Of a stretch of DNA of 64,000 nucleotides, positions 32,051-43,600 are shown piece after piece. Origin of the DNA: Candidatus Oxydemutatoraceae bacterium (GTDB lineage Bacteria; Pseudomonadota; Gammaproteobacteria; Poriferisulfidales; Oxydemutatoraceae). The position numbers and the translations under genes are program-made. Within the stretch, counting starts at the first letter, position 1. Each line of letters opens with the position of its first letter. The notes under the pieces are model-generated. The model ran no database searches. It was not told the origin of the DNA and worked only from the letters and a program-made list of their open reading frames with translations. The stretch is from positions 96,001-160,000 of the forward strand of contig OZ244717.1 of assembly GCA_965218975.1 (NCBI GenBank), read 5' to 3'.

Positions 32051-34258
32051 TTACTCTAATTCCATCGGATCAACATCAACATGCCATGTTGTTCCTCGCG
32101 CTGCACGTAATTGCAATATTTCCGCCATTCCTTTGGAAAGACAACGATTTAATGTGAACCTTTGTTCAGCACTGAGCATCAGTTGAGCATGGTAAACACC
32201 TATCTTTTTTTCGGTCGGAGCCGGTACTGGCCCGAATAACTCTACTTTAGGCAATTGATATTTGTGCACAATTGTAGCAACTTCTTTTAGAAAACACTGC
32301 GGCGCAAACTCATCTTTCGATTCGGCACGAAACACTGCCAAATAACGGTACGGCGGCATCTGATTCAGATGCCGTTGCGCTAGTAGAGTTTTAGCGAACT
32401 GATGGTAGTTTTGGCGTATTAAGCATTGCAGCGCTACATTGTCGGGATGATAGGTCTGCAATGCAACTACTCCAGGTCGCTGCCCGCGCCCCGCTCGCCC
32501 CGATACCTGAATAATCAATTGTCCCAACCGCTCTAATGATCTGAAATCAAAAGCAAATAATCTTTGGTCAACGTTAACAATGCCAATTAAGGTCACGTCG
32601 GGAAAGTGGTGTCCTTTTGAGATCATCTGCGTACCAACCAGAATTTTTGCATCCCCTGAACGTATCGCTTTCAAATATTTTTCCAACTCACCTTTGCGTC
32701 GAGTCGTATCAGCATCAATTCGCACGATTTTAGTTGCGGGAAAAATTTGCCGTAACTCCCGTTCAATACGCTCGGTGCCAAACCCTATCATTTTCAGGCA
32801 ATCACTTCGGCAATTCGGACAACAATCAGGACATAGCTGTTTATATTCGCAGTGATGACAATATAGATTATTTTTTGACAGATGGTACGTTAGAGGAAGA
32901 TCACACCGCGGGCATTCGATCACCGTGCCGCAATCATGGCACAAAAATTTTGGCGCGTAACCTCGCCGATTTAAAAACAATAGTACTTGTTCGTCACGTT
33001 CAAGACAACGTCGCATCATCTCAATCAAACGCAGCGATAAACCTGCGGTTAAAGGCTGACCGCGTATATCCAATACTCGATATTGCGGTAGTTGCGCCCC
33101 GCCGACGCGATGACTAAGTCGGTGCCACCGGTAACGTTTTTCCAATACATTATGCAGCGACTCTAACGACGGCGTGGCGCTGCCCAAAATAATCGGGATA
33201 TCAAGCAGCTGTGCACGTTTGATCGCAAGATCGCGCGCGTGATAGCGTAATGTATCCTGTTGTTTATAAGATAAGTCATGCTCTTCATCAACCACTATCA
33301 ACCTCAAATCATTACAGGCCGTAAATACAACCGAGCGAGTACCAATAATAATTTTTACTTCGTTGAGCATGGACTTGCACCATGAACGGAAACGATGTCG
33401 GTCGCTTAAACCGGAATGTAAGACAGCGACCACCGAACCGAATCTCTCCCGGAATTGCCGCACTGTTTGTGACGTCAAACCAATTTCAGGTACCAATACC
33501 ATCGCTTGTCCGCCTTCGGAGATAATCCGCCGAATCAACTGTAAATAAATTTCAGTCTTGCCGCTGCCGGTAACCCCTTCAAGCAAATGACACGAAAATC
33601 GCCCTAACGATTCTCTTATTTTCCGAACCGCATCGGCTTGCTCGTCATTCAACGTATGATGTTTTGCCGTTGGTACAACAGTATCGTCGCGCACTTGCGA
33701 TTCGGTACAATAAACCAATTCTTTCCGTATCAATTCGCGTAAAGCGGAACGCCATCCGGGAAAATTTGCACGCAATGCTGTTTCATCCGACGATTGATCA
33801 CGTAAAAACTCAAATAGCGCCTTCTGTTTTTTAGCACGCTTCAGTAAATCCTTGCCCGTATCAACTGTGTTTTGCGCATGCCAAACTCTGATAAAGTTTT
33901 TAGTAATCGCGTTACCTTGTCGCAGCAGACGCGGCAATGTTGTATGCAGTACTTTACCAATCGGATAATGATAGTATTGTGAAGCCCAGCGCAATAACTG
34001 CAACAAATGATCGGAAAATATTGGGCCCGAATCAACGACTTCTTCAATTGTACGCAATTTCTCAACGGCAACTTCCGCTTGCTGTACATGCGCCATCACG
34101 ATACCTACACGCCGTTGATTTTGTAGGTGAACCCGAACACGCGCTCCCACTATCGGCACCGCACCCTCTTCCAGCGGCAGATAATCCAAATACCGGTCTA
34201 AAGGTGCGATAACCGCAACTCGCAAAATGAGAGGCATTGATTGTACTGATTTTCCCAT
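32051..34258 (-). CDS. priA: primosomal protein N'
   Basis: GVTGSGKT, DEEH, Cys-rich region, QVSGRAGR. Confidence 0.98.
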   Translation of the reverse strand: MGKSVQSMPLILRVAVIAPLDRYLDYLPLEEGAVPIVGARVRVHLQNQRRVGIVMAHVQQAEVAVEKLRTIEEVVDSGPIFSDHLLQLLRWASQYYHYPIGKVLHTTLPRLLRQGNAITKNFIRVWHAQNTVDTGKDLLKRAKKQKALFEFLRDQSSDETALRANFPGWRSALRELIRKELVYCTESQVRDDTVVPTAKHHTLNDEQADAVRKIRESLGRFSCHLLEGVTGSGKTEIYLQLIRRIISEGGQAMVLVPEIGLTSQTVRQFRERFGSVVAVLHSGLSDRHRFRSWCKSMLNEVKIIIGTRSVVFTACNDLRLIVVDEEHDLSYKQQDTLRYHARDLAIKRAQLLDIPIILGSATPSLESLHNVLEKRYRWHRLSHRVGGAQLPQYRVLDIRGQPLTAGLSLRLIEMMRRCLERDEQVLLFLNRRGYAPKFLCHDCGTVIECPRCDLPLTYHLSKNNLYCHHCEYKQLCPDCCPNCRSDCLKMIGFGTERIERELRQIFPATKIVRIDADTTRRKGELEKYLKAIRSGDAKILVGTQMISKGHHFPDVTLIGIVNVDQRLFAFDFRSLERLGQLIIQVSGRAGRGQRPGVVALQTYHPDNVALQCLIRQNYHQFAKTLLAQRHLNQMPPYRYLAVFRAESKDEFAPQCFLKEVATIVHKYQLPKVELFGPVPAPTEKKIGVYHAQLMLSAEQRFTLNRCLSKGMAEILQLRAARGTTWHVDVDPMELE

Positions 34259-34360
34259 AGTCGCTATCTAGTTACTTAAGCTGATATCAAATGACATATC
34301 CTATAGATAAATTGCGGATACTTGGCCATTATTGTCTTTAGCGCCTATATTTTTCGTAAA

Positions 34361-34381
34361 TGTGGATAACTCTGTGGGTAA
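34361..34381 (-). promoter_or_regulatory. DnaA-box pair (one perfect TTATCCACA, one single mismatch)
   Basis: TGTGGATAA at 34361-34369 and TGTGGGTAA at 34373-34381, upstream of priA. Confidence 0.45.
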
Positions 34382-34725
34382 TCTGTTATTATTTCCCCGA
34401 TAGTTTGGCGAGAGCAAACATCATTGAGGCAGTTGATCGATAGACTTTGCCATAGTATATATAAAGTATGGTGGAAATCTTTCGCTTTACCGGCAGACTA
34501 TAGTAAATGTGGGCAATATTACCACTTACTACCTTTATAAATCATATAGCTAATGAATATAAAAAATAAGCAGCTTTTTCCGCAGAATATTGTACTCGGT
34601 TTGACTGACGCAGATACAGCAAATGGATAATTAAAGTTTTAATAAACTCAAAATGGTCGACAAAAAACAACATTTTTCGGTATGATGAATGCAATAAACC
34701 ATAGCCAAGCAGAGAGGTTTTTTTC

Positions 34726-35310
34726 GTGTACAACCGATTAGATCAATGGATTCTACGCACCAATAATGCCGGGATGCCGCTTGAGTGGGTCACCTATCGC
34801 AATGCGGTTAAGTTTCATTATACCGGTCGGGTTGCTTATAATTTCGGCAAGCTACTGTATAAGATCCGCGGCGGAATCAATGCAGTCAGCCGGCAACAGA
34901 GCATGATAGAACTTTACTCAATCGTTGCGACCCACGGCGATACATCGAACTTACATAAGTACTATACGCCACCGCTAAATAGCGGGACGCTATTTCGCCG
35001 CGATTCATTTATCTGCATGTACTGCGGCAATCATTTCAGCCGCAGCAAACTTTCGCGCGATCATGTGATACCGCTAAGCGCCGGTGGTAAAGACGAATGG
35101 AAAAATGTTGTAACTGCGTGTCGGACTTGCAATAATCGTAAAGCAGGTAAAACACCGGAAGCTGCCGGTATGCAACTGCTTGCAGTACCGTTTGCCCCGA
35201 CTCGTGCCGAGTACGTTTATTTGCAATCGCGCAATATTCTAGCCGATCAGATGGAATTTCTGAGAAACTATTTTCCAAGAAGCAGCCGCCTCCATAATCA
35301 CCGGCACTAA
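34726..35310 (+). CDS. HNH endonuclease
   Basis: CMYCG...RDHVIP...NVVTACRTCNNRK. Confidence 0.9.
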   Translation: MYNRLDQWILRTNNAGMPLEWVTYRNAVKFHYTGRVAYNFGKLLYKIRGGINAVSRQQSMIELYSIVATHGDTSNLHKYYTPPLNSGTLFRRDSFICMYCGNHFSRSKLSRDHVIPLSAGGKDEWKNVVTACRTCNNRKAGKTPEAAGMQLLAVPFAPTRAEYVYLQSRNILADQMEFLRNYFPRSSRLHNHRH

Positions 35311-35325
35311 GTATCCGGCCCACCT

Positions 35326-36414
35326 GTGCCATTTCAAGGAAAAAGTGACTATCGCCATGACAGTATTCCCCACACAGGCCTGCTGTTAGTCAACCTCGGC
35401 ACTCCTTCGGCGCCGACCGCATCGGCGATTCGTAGTTATTTGAGGGAATTCTTATCGGACCGCCGTGTCATTGAGATACCGCGTTTACTATGGTTGCCGA
35501 TTCTGCACTTATTCGTTCTACCGTTAAGACCAAAACACCTTGTCCGCGCATATAAGAAAATATGGCTGGAAGACGGCGCACCGTTGCTAGTCTATACGCG
35601 CAAACAAGCAGAAGCCCTTACACAAAGATTATATCAAAACGGTATGGATAAAATCATTGTACAAACCGCAATGTGTTACGGCGACCCAAGTATTAGCGAA
35701 GGGATCAAAGTACTTAAAGAAAACAATATTCGGCAACTACTAATATTACCGCTTTATCCCCAGTATTCGGCGACCACGACCGGGGCCGTATTTGATATTG
35801 TCACGCAAACTTTGCGCGATTACCGCTGGCTTCCGGAAGTCCGTTTTATTAACCAGTACTATGACCACTCGCAATATATCCACGCTTGTGCCGAACAGAT
35901 TCGCCGGTATCGTGATCATGCTAATTCCAAACGTAAATTACTGTTTTCATTTCATGGTTTGCCACACCGTAACCTACTTGCGGGAGACCCGTATCATTGT
36001 CATTGCCATGCAACCGCGCGATTGATTGCAGACGCATTGAGTTTACAGCGAGATGATTGGATCATTAGCTTCCAATCCCGCTTCGGGTACGCTGAGTGGC
36101 TGAAACCCTACACCGATGAAACATTAAAAGCATTGCCCGGAAAAGGAGTTACTGAAATTGATATTTTTTGTCCGGGTTTTGCTGCCGATTGCCTTGAAAC
36201 ATTGGAAGAAATCGCAGTTCAGAATCATGGATTTTTTATGGCAGCGGGGGGGGAAGATTTCAATTACATTCCGGCGCTCAATGACTCGCAACCGCATATC
36301 GAATTCTTGGCTCAATTGGTACGCCAACATTTATCGGGATGGAATATTAATCCTAACAATGCGAGCGAACGCCGAAAAATCCGTGAACGCGCACTTACTT
36401 GCCATGGGCGCTAA
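35326..36414 (+). CDS. hemH: ferrochelatase
   Basis: LVNLGTP, LPLYPQYS, FSFHGLP, DCLETLEE. Confidence 0.97.
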   Translation: MPFQGKSDYRHDSIPHTGLLLVNLGTPSAPTASAIRSYLREFLSDRRVIEIPRLLWLPILHLFVLPLRPKHLVRAYKKIWLEDGAPLLVYTRKQAEALTQRLYQNGMDKIIVQTAMCYGDPSISEGIKVLKENNIRQLLILPLYPQYSATTTGAVFDIVTQTLRDYRWLPEVRFINQYYDHSQYIHACAEQIRRYRDHANSKRKLLFSFHGLPHRNLLAGDPYHCHCHATARLIADALSLQRDDWIISFQSRFGYAEWLKPYTDETLKALPGKGVTEIDIFCPGFAADCLETLEEIAVQNHGFFMAAGGEDFNYIPALNDSQPHIEFLAQLVRQHLSGWNINPNNASERRKIRERALTCHGR

Positions 36415-36436
36415 AAACTAAGGACATCTACTATCA

Positions 36437-37339
36437 TCAGCTAGCGACTCGCAAGTTTTTAATACACTTCTCAAAGCGTCTTTTATAGTACTCACGGAAA
36501 CTTGCCGTAACGCTCAACGATTCAAATCCGGATAAATCAGGTTGCCGAATCGTCATATCAACGGACTCCGATAACGGCACATCACAAACAATCCGAGTCA
36601 GACGACGAGATAAAAGGAGCGTTTCGGCATGTTCTGAAATCAATCCTGAAATACGGCTCGCGCCACGCAATCCTTCAACTTTTTCAACCGAATCTAAGTT
36701 GTTCAACAAATTTTCTATGGTGCCGAAATAATTCAACAACTTTGCCGCACTCACGACGCCTATTCCGGGAATACCGGGAATGTTATCAACACTATCACCG
36801 GCAAGCGCAAGCCAATCCGGTATCTGCTCCGGCAGTACGCCAAAGTGCGCTTTGACATCCTCCGAACGAAAACGGCGACGTTTTGTATAATCCCACCATA
36901 TATCATCCGTTTGAATAAGTTGCGCCAAATCCTTATCGCTTGAAACGATGATGACTTGCAGTCCGCGCTTTTTTGCATAAACCGCCAAAGTGCCAATCAA
37001 ATCATCCGCCTCATAATGGTGATGCGCGATCTCAAGAATACCGAGTGCACGGATTAATTCGCGACATTGCACTATCTGTCTCTTTAATTCGATCGGTGCA
37101 GGTTCACGATTTTCTTTATATGGAGGATAAATCTCGTTACGGTAGGAATGTTCAAGACTTTCATCGAAAACAAATGCGATATATTGCGGCTTTACTTCAT
37201 CAAGAAAACGTGTAGTAAAATCAAAGAAGCCGCGCAAGGCATTGATCGGATGCCCCTCATGATTTACCCAGCTATCCGGCATCGCAAACCAAGCGCGAAA
37301 AATATAAATGCTGGCATCAACCAGATAAACCTGTGACAT
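36437..37339 (-). CDS. standalone 5'-3' exonuclease / flap endonuclease
   Basis: LVDAS, YKENR, EADD, SSDKD, GDSVDNIPGIPGIG. Confidence 0.9.
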   Translation of the reverse strand: MSQVYLVDASIYIFRAWFAMPDSWVNHEGHPINALRGFFDFTTRFLDEVKPQYIAFVFDESLEHSYRNEIYPPYKENREPAPIELKRQIVQCRELIRALGILEIAHHHYEADDLIGTLAVYAKKRGLQVIIVSSDKDLAQLIQTDDIWWDYTKRRRFRSEDVKAHFGVLPEQIPDWLALAGDSVDNIPGIPGIGVVSAAKLLNYFGTIENLLNNLDSVEKVEGLRGASRISGLISEHAETLLLSRRLTRIVCDVPLSESVDMTIRQPDLSGFESLSVTASFREYYKRRFEKCIKNLRVAS

Positions 37340-37347
37340 CGCTCCCG

Positions 37348-38841
37348 CTACCGGACTGTTTTAATAACTTGCCCGACTTCCAAAGCGCCTTCCGGGTACA
37401 TTCCATTGATCAACCTTAAAAGATCTTCTTTATGATGCGGGAATGAAGTGTCTTGGGACAAGCTGGAAAATGTATCTCCTCCCTTTACAGTAATTAATTG
37501 TACTCTCATTGGTTGCGCCAGCACATATTCGTCTTCTCTTAAGGCGCGCAAACTTTTCATTGTCTCAAGAAAAGCAAAGTCATTGTCAACAAACTCGCTT
37601 GGCTCTTTTGCCACTGCCAAAAATTTAAAGACTTTATTGCGGAAAAATAACACTCCAATACGTGACCTTTTATAACCGTACGGCGTGCCAATCCTTTTCA
37701 GGACCGCGGTCTGCCCCGGCAACTCTGCATCTAACGCCATTGAGGTCCCTTGCTCAAAGCCTTTGAACCTCATCTCTAAAAATTCCTCGGGCGTTTGCTT
37801 ACGGTTTCTGTCCTCGACTTGTAGCAAAATCGTTGATGTATTTTTCAGGTTAGTCACGACAAATTGCGATGGGGAATTTCGCGTCAGCCAGTTTCCCGGG
37901 AAAGTGAAAGTAATACCAAGGTCCGCATGATAAAAGTGATTATTCCTAACAACACCGCCTTTGCTTAAAGAACCAAAAGTTAATCCTTGAATCCGATCAA
38001 GATATTCCTGTCGTTTAATTTCCGCCGTATTCTCCTCTTGTTGCCGTTCAGCCGCGACGATGGCTGCTTCACGCAAACGTTTTTCGTTATCCGGATGCGT
38101 GGCAAACACACCATGGTAAACATTCGGTCGACGGTTTTGCTCTTCGGCCAACTGTTTCTCAAATTCTTCATGCGACTTCAAAATCCGCAAGACTTCAAGT
38201 ATTTGATCCGGCTGATAACCTGTTTTTGCCAGATATTCGACACCTAAACGATCCGCCTCAAGCTCATTTCCCCGCCCATATCCACGTACAACCGCTGTAC
38301 TAATGAACTGCGAAATATTAGGCAGCAAGCTGCCGTTTTGACTTTGCGCCAGCACTTGCATCAAAATAGCCGCCAGTTGGCTTTTTGCATGCTGCCGTAC
38401 GCTATGGCGCGCTGCTATATGTCCCATTTCATGCCCTAACACCGCCGCAAGTTCCGCTTCCGAATTAAGATATGCCAACATGCCTCGAGTGATATAAATA
38501 TACCCTGGGGTAGCAAAAGCATTGACTTGATCCGTATCCAAAATCGTAAAATGATAAATCAGATGATCGCGATGGCTATATTGAGAAAGTTTTTTGCCAA
38601 CCTGAGCAACATAGGCTTTTAATGGAGGATCATCATATTCTCCGCCATAATATTTGACCAAATGCGGGTGATAGCGTTCGCCCATCCCCTCAAGCTCTTG
38701 TTCTTCGGAAACAAGTACTAAATCCTTTCTACCGGTTACAGGATTTGTCGCACAAGCGACTAATGTCACACATACAAAAATGCTCAAAAGGATAAATCGG
38801 AGATCTAATGAATTATTTTTGGTGAATAAATTCAATCGCAT
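37348..38841 (-). CDS. M48-family metalloprotease lipoprotein with C-terminal LysM-like domain
   Basis: LVAC lipobox, NAFATPG, HEMGH, EAD, THP; start set at MRLNLF. Confidence 0.88.
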   Translation of the reverse strand: MRLNLFTKNNSLDLRFILLSIFVCVTLVACATNPVTGRKDLVLVSEEQELEGMGERYHPHLVKYYGGEYDDPPLKAYVAQVGKKLSQYSHRDHLIYHFTILDTDQVNAFATPGYIYITRGMLAYLNSEAELAAVLGHEMGHIAARHSVRQHAKSQLAAILMQVLAQSQNGSLLPNISQFISTAVVRGYGRGNELEADRLGVEYLAKTGYQPDQILEVLRILKSHEEFEKQLAEEQNRRPNVYHGVFATHPDNEKRLREAAIVAAERQQEENTAEIKRQEYLDRIQGLTFGSLSKGGVVRNNHFYHADLGITFTFPGNWLTRNSPSQFVVTNLKNTSTILLQVEDRNRKQTPEEFLEMRFKGFEQGTSMALDAELPGQTAVLKRIGTPYGYKRSRIGVLFFRNKVFKFLAVAKEPSEFVDNDFAFLETMKSLRALREDEYVLAQPMRVQLITVKGGDTFSSLSQDTSFPHHKEDLLRLINGMYPEGALEVGQVIKTVR

Positions 38842-39619
38842 TAGGATGGCGCACTTGTAAAACTCTTTCTTGAAACCGTCGGTTATTATAAACCCAGCCC
38901 CGTGCATATAAGCAAACCGGCGCCGAAGCGTTTTTTATGCTATGAAGCAAGCGCCGGAGGTAGGATTGAATATCGTCATTGCTCATTTTAAGCACGAATT
39001 TATCCGCCAGACGTAAAAGAACCGATTGCCGCGCATGATGTATCTCTTGCACACAGCCGCGTACACGCATAAAACCTGTTCGCCGAACATCCTCTGCCTT
39101 AAACGGAGCAAAGTATTTATGCTGCCAAATTCCAGCCTTTTTTTGGCGCGCTCTCTGTTCGGCAGCCTGATAGCATTCATGGTGCTTTAGATTCGGCGGA
39201 ATAGTAATTGCATAACCGTACCCCGCGGCGATCAACCCAGCCGCAAGATTACTCCGATCAGGTGAAAACAAATGTGCGAGACGACGCTCATAACGATCAT
39301 GCTCCCTGCTATCGGATTCAAGATAGACTCTTTTCCCCGTCAGCTGTCGGCGCAGCATGTTGCGCGCCGATATCCCCAGCGGTTCGCCCGGTCTATCGCG
39401 TGCCGCAATTTCAGGAGTATTCAATCCGATCAAACGAACTTTGTCGCCATTTTCTAACCATATCGTATCACCGTCATGGACATAAGAAACGATCGCTTCG
39501 GTGAGATGTCCGATCGGCGTACAATCGTCTGCAGCGACTACTCCGACACATAGGAATAATAGCAGTAGCAGTGGAAAGGTTTGTTTACTTTTTCCCGTAA
39601 CGCTTGCGGAATTTATCAA
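38813..39619 (-). CDS. thermonuclease (SNase) family protein; start uncertain
   Basis: [26 protein letters not shown]. Confidence 0.88.
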   Translation of the reverse strand: MINSASVTGKSKQTFPLLLLLFLCVGVVAADDCTPIGHLTEAIVSYVHDGDTIWLENGDKVRLIGLNTPEIAARDRPGEPLGISARNMLRRQLTGKRVYLESDSREHDRYERRLAHLFSPDRSNLAAGLIAAGYGYAITIPPNLKHHECYQAAEQRARQKKAGIWQHKYFAPFKAEDVRRTGFMRVRGCVQEIHHARQSVLLRLADKFVLKMSNDDIQSYLRRLLHSIKNASAPVCLYARGWVYNNRRFQERVLQVRHPNAIEFIHQK

Positions 39620-39791
39620 CTTGCCCGGCGCTCTCTAGTATTTTTTGTTTACCCGTATAAAAAGGATGACAAGCGGAACATACTTCTACCGTCAATTCAC
39701 TATCGGGATAAGTTGACCGCGTCGTGAAACTATTCCCGCAGCCACAAGTAATTTTAACTTCGTTGTATTCGGGGTGAATCCCTGCTTTCAT
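39585..39791 (-). CDS. rpmE: 50S ribosomal protein L31 (zinc type)
   Basis: MKAGIHPEY...CGCG...[13 protein letters not shown]. Confidence 0.97.
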   Translation of the reverse strand: MKAGIHPEYNEVKITCGCGNSFTTRSTYPDSELTVEVCSACHPFYTGKQKILESAGQVDKFRKRYGKK

Positions 39792-39819
39792 AGTTCGTCT
39801 CCGGATGAAAGAGGCATAC

Positions 39820-39848
39820 ATGATAATAAAACACCGCAAAGTACGCAA
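39820..39848 (-). promoter_or_regulatory. putative rpmE promoter
   Basis: TTGCGT - 17 nt - TATCAT, starting 5 nt from the IS right end. Confidence 0.6.
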
Positions 39849-39853
39849 CTTCC

Positions 39854-40468
39854 TGTACGATGCCACCCTAGTGGGATTCTTGAAGAGCTTCTGGGGAAGC
39901 ATTCGGCAGTAACATTCGGATCGGTGCTTTCTGTCCGTTGCCGGCATGAGGACGGTGCAGGGTGAGACGCGCCCGGAAAACCGAACGGTTTTCAGCGGCG
40001 AACGACCCGACAAGGACGTCGGGGCTGGGGTTTATTCGCAGAACTAAGCTTCGTCATGAACGACAAGTACTTTGCCGGGTTGCGGCCAGATTCGCCGGCG
40101 CCTCTTGCGCGGCGCTTTGTCGCAGTCATACAAGGCACCGAGACCAGTGCGGCGATAACGCCAGCGCCAGCGGTACAAAGTACTGCGACCGACCTTGAAT
40201 GCGCTCGGTGACATCCGATCTGTAGTTTCCCCTGAAACAGCAAGCCGATTACCGATCGGCAGGAAACATCGTGTGTGCATTTAGTCCGTGTTTCTCCCAA
40301 AATGAGGGCATCATATTTCTATTGAGCCGTTGTGTTCATGAGCCTCCATTTTTGAAGCAAAATTGGCTCATATAGAAACCTTTGATGCGGTGGCCGATGT
40401 GCTGATATTGCATATCGGTCACCTTTTTATTGAGGTCCGAGAATCCGGTATGTATCCGGACACGCACA
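39854..40468 (-). mobile_element. internally deleted IS481-family element, copy D, with one 98-bp module (39960-40059)
   Basis: Both termini present; the WPQP segment joins the LHRPH segment through a single module. Confidence 0.85.
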
Positions 40469-40563
40469 CACGGTAAAACCCCCGGATGCGATAGCCTATA
40501 TATTGGATTTGCAAAGCTGCTCCTCCTGTCGGGTGGAGTGCCAAATGTTTCTGAGCTTATGCA
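40469..40563 (-). mobile_element. left end of a second IS481-type element (also found inside copy A at about 6003-6073)
   Basis: TGCATAAGCTCAGAAACATTTGGCACTCC end, GGAGG RBS, start of ORF (M)QIQYIGYRIRGFY paralogous to MQYQHIGHRIKGFY. Confidence 0.7.
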
Positions 40564-40679
40564 CGGTATTCGCCCAAGAAACCATCCGTGAATTCCGGAA
40601 CCGATACAGTGCTGGAGTTGACCAAGCTGGCTCCTCATAATGTAAACTTTATGGCCGACCGTAAATAAATGGAGCGTTT

Positions 40680-43600
40680 ATGGATTTCATCCCGGAAGAA
40701 TTGCTACGAGGCCATGAGGATAGGGAGGTTGTTTTTTTCTGCGGCGTAGGTGTTTCCGTACCTGCAGGTTTACCATCCTTTAAAAAATTGGTTGAAGACA
40801 CACTTGCTGATCTGCTACCACTCAAAGAGCAGTGCGAACCAGGTTCCACAGAAGCACTGGCATGGCAGGCATTTGAGGACAAGAAATACGACGAAGCCTT
40901 GGGCATTCTGGAATCCCCTCAGCACGGTGGCTACGAAGCCAAGGATGTACGTGAAAAGGTACGCCGTCATCTGTCAGAGCCGAGGACTAAAACACTGGAT
41001 AAGCACCTGATTTTGACTCGGCTGGCAGACCTTGACACAGAACACGGACGACTCGTTACCACAAATTTTGACGAATTATTCGAGCGCTCACAGATAAAAT
41101 TGAGAAAGCTCGAACAATCCAGCCACCGAATGGATGTGCATATTGCTCCGACTCTACCACCGGCAAAGCCAGAGACATTTAAAGGATTGGTCTATTTGCA
41201 CGGTAAACTAGGAAGTTCCCCAAACAACCGGCAGCTAGTATTAACTACGGCTAATTTCGGCATGGCTTATATGCTTGAAGGCTGGGCATTGCGGTTCGTG
41301 ACCGAGCTCTTCCGGCACTATCATGTCGTTTTCATCGGATACAGTCTTGAGGACCCTACGATGCGCTATCTGGTAAGCGCATTAGCGGCAGCGCGTGAGG
41401 AACGCTCCCAACAATTCAAGGAACCTTACGTCTTTGCGCCTTACAGCAGTGAAGAAACGGCAGGTTTGGACAAAGTCAAACAACAATGGAAACTTAGAGG
41501 CATAACACCAATTCTTTACGACAAAACCAACAAACACCAGCAACTATGGCAAGCCTTAGAAAAGTGGGCTGACAACTATCGTCAGGGGATTACCGGACGC
41601 CGACAGTTAGTGTCCCATCTCAGTCAGCTTCCGCCTGTTTCAGATGAAAATGACTCTACCATCCGAGATATGGCGTGGGCACTCAAAGACACCAACGTTG
41701 CAAGACATTTCGCAGACCTGACAGGGAAGCGCCGACCTATCCCTGAATGGATTATGCCTCTACAAAAGAAGGGGTTGCTGAGTTTGCCCATAGGCCAAAC
41801 CGATGATGGACAACCCATCTTTGTGCCACTGGTCTCATCTCGACAGCTTGCAGATCTTTTTGACTTGAACGAAGTTACATTCCACTTGGGCCGTTGGATT
41901 GCTAAGTGTCTTGACAGTCAGGTAGTGCTGGACTGGGCACTCACTGAAGGCGCAATCTTGCACTCGGAATTGCATCATCAAATCAGAACCCAGCTAGATG
42001 AAAACACGACTCAGCTTCCTCCGGCACTTCACAAGATCTGGCGAATATTAGCGGATGGAAGTTACGCACATATGCTGTCGGAAAGATACACAAATCGCTC
42101 CTATCGCAATTTTACCCATCCCAGTTTGGGGCCTGATGCAACTTTTGCTTTGCAGATTTTTTTAAACCGCCTTCGACCAATTCCAATATTCAAGGCCAGG
42201 CCAGATTTTCTCTGGCGTAAACAAATTCCGGACCCAAGCCGTCCGAGGAATTGGTGTGAAATTGAAATTGAGTTGATTGGGGTTAACGGTGATTATGAGA
42301 TTCAAAAATTTCGTAACAATGCTGAAGACTGGAGTAGTGCCCTGGCAGTCATTGCAGAGGAACTCACGACACGCCTTCGCGAAGCTATGGGCTGGTTTTG
42401 TGAATTTGGCCTGGCTGGTCCGAACGAAGACATCACCCATATTGAATATAAATCCATCAGCCCACATGAACAGAACAAGCATGCCCATCATGCCCATACC
42501 TGGACACAACTCATTGCACTAGCTAGGGACTCATACGACGCTCTTGTTGCTCAAGAAGATCATGCTGCAGCAACACACCTCGTACAACGCTGGCGATCTC
42601 TCCCCTATCCTGTATTTCGGCGGTTAGCGCTGTACGCAGCTACGAAAAATCCCCGCTTAGACGTAGAGTTTGGACTAGATATTCTTTTAGATAGGCAACA
42701 ACCAGCATTATGGGATATCAATATCATGCGCGAACCGCTGCGTTTCCTAAGAAAGCGCGGTCATCAGTTTCGAGAAGAGCAGCTTACCCAACTGACTGAA
42801 GCCATATTGGAAGGGCCGCCAAGGCAAATGTACCAAGAAGATCTCACGGCAGATGAGTGGAATACAGTTCGTGACTACCAGATCCTTTTGCGTCTTTATA
42901 AACTGAAGGAAGCCGGTGTGTTGTTACCAGTATCTGTGCAGAAAACCTATGACCGCATTCAAAGTAGTCTGTCGTGGCAACCAAAGGGTGATCATTCGGA
43001 GGAGTTTAGTTTTTTTATATCTTCTGACACTGCAGCTCTTGGTCCAATCAATGAAAGTAAGCTTGAAAATTTTGGAGAAATGTCCGATGAGCAATTCATT
43101 CAATGGTCGGAAAAGCAGCAAGACGAAGATATTCTTCTTTGGAAGCGTAGTGGCAGCTGGTCTCAGTTTGTAAAAAACGATACCCAAGCAGCAGTAAGGC
43201 TTCTTAAAGCTGCATCGGACAACAATGTCTGGCCGGCGCGCCCTTGGTACTACGTACTGTATGCGTGCGGACAAGAAGGACAGGAAAATGTTACAGATGC
43301 TTTGAAACAAGTGATTGCCAAACTTTTGGTTGATATGCCTATACAGACATTGGGTAAACTGTATCTTCAAGCTGCGAGATGGTTTGAAGGTGTGTGGCGA
43401 CAACTTGACGAGGCATTGAGACGAAAGCTATGGCGAAGAATATGGGACGCATCAATTGAGGGAGAAGAGCCGCAGCATGATTTGGATTTCAATATGGCCC
43501 ATCACCATGCCGGTGGAATCTTGGGGAATATTCTTTATAACGAATTGACTAAGCGCATTCCAAGCATTGCATCCGGTCAATCTCCTGGGTTCCCAAAACA

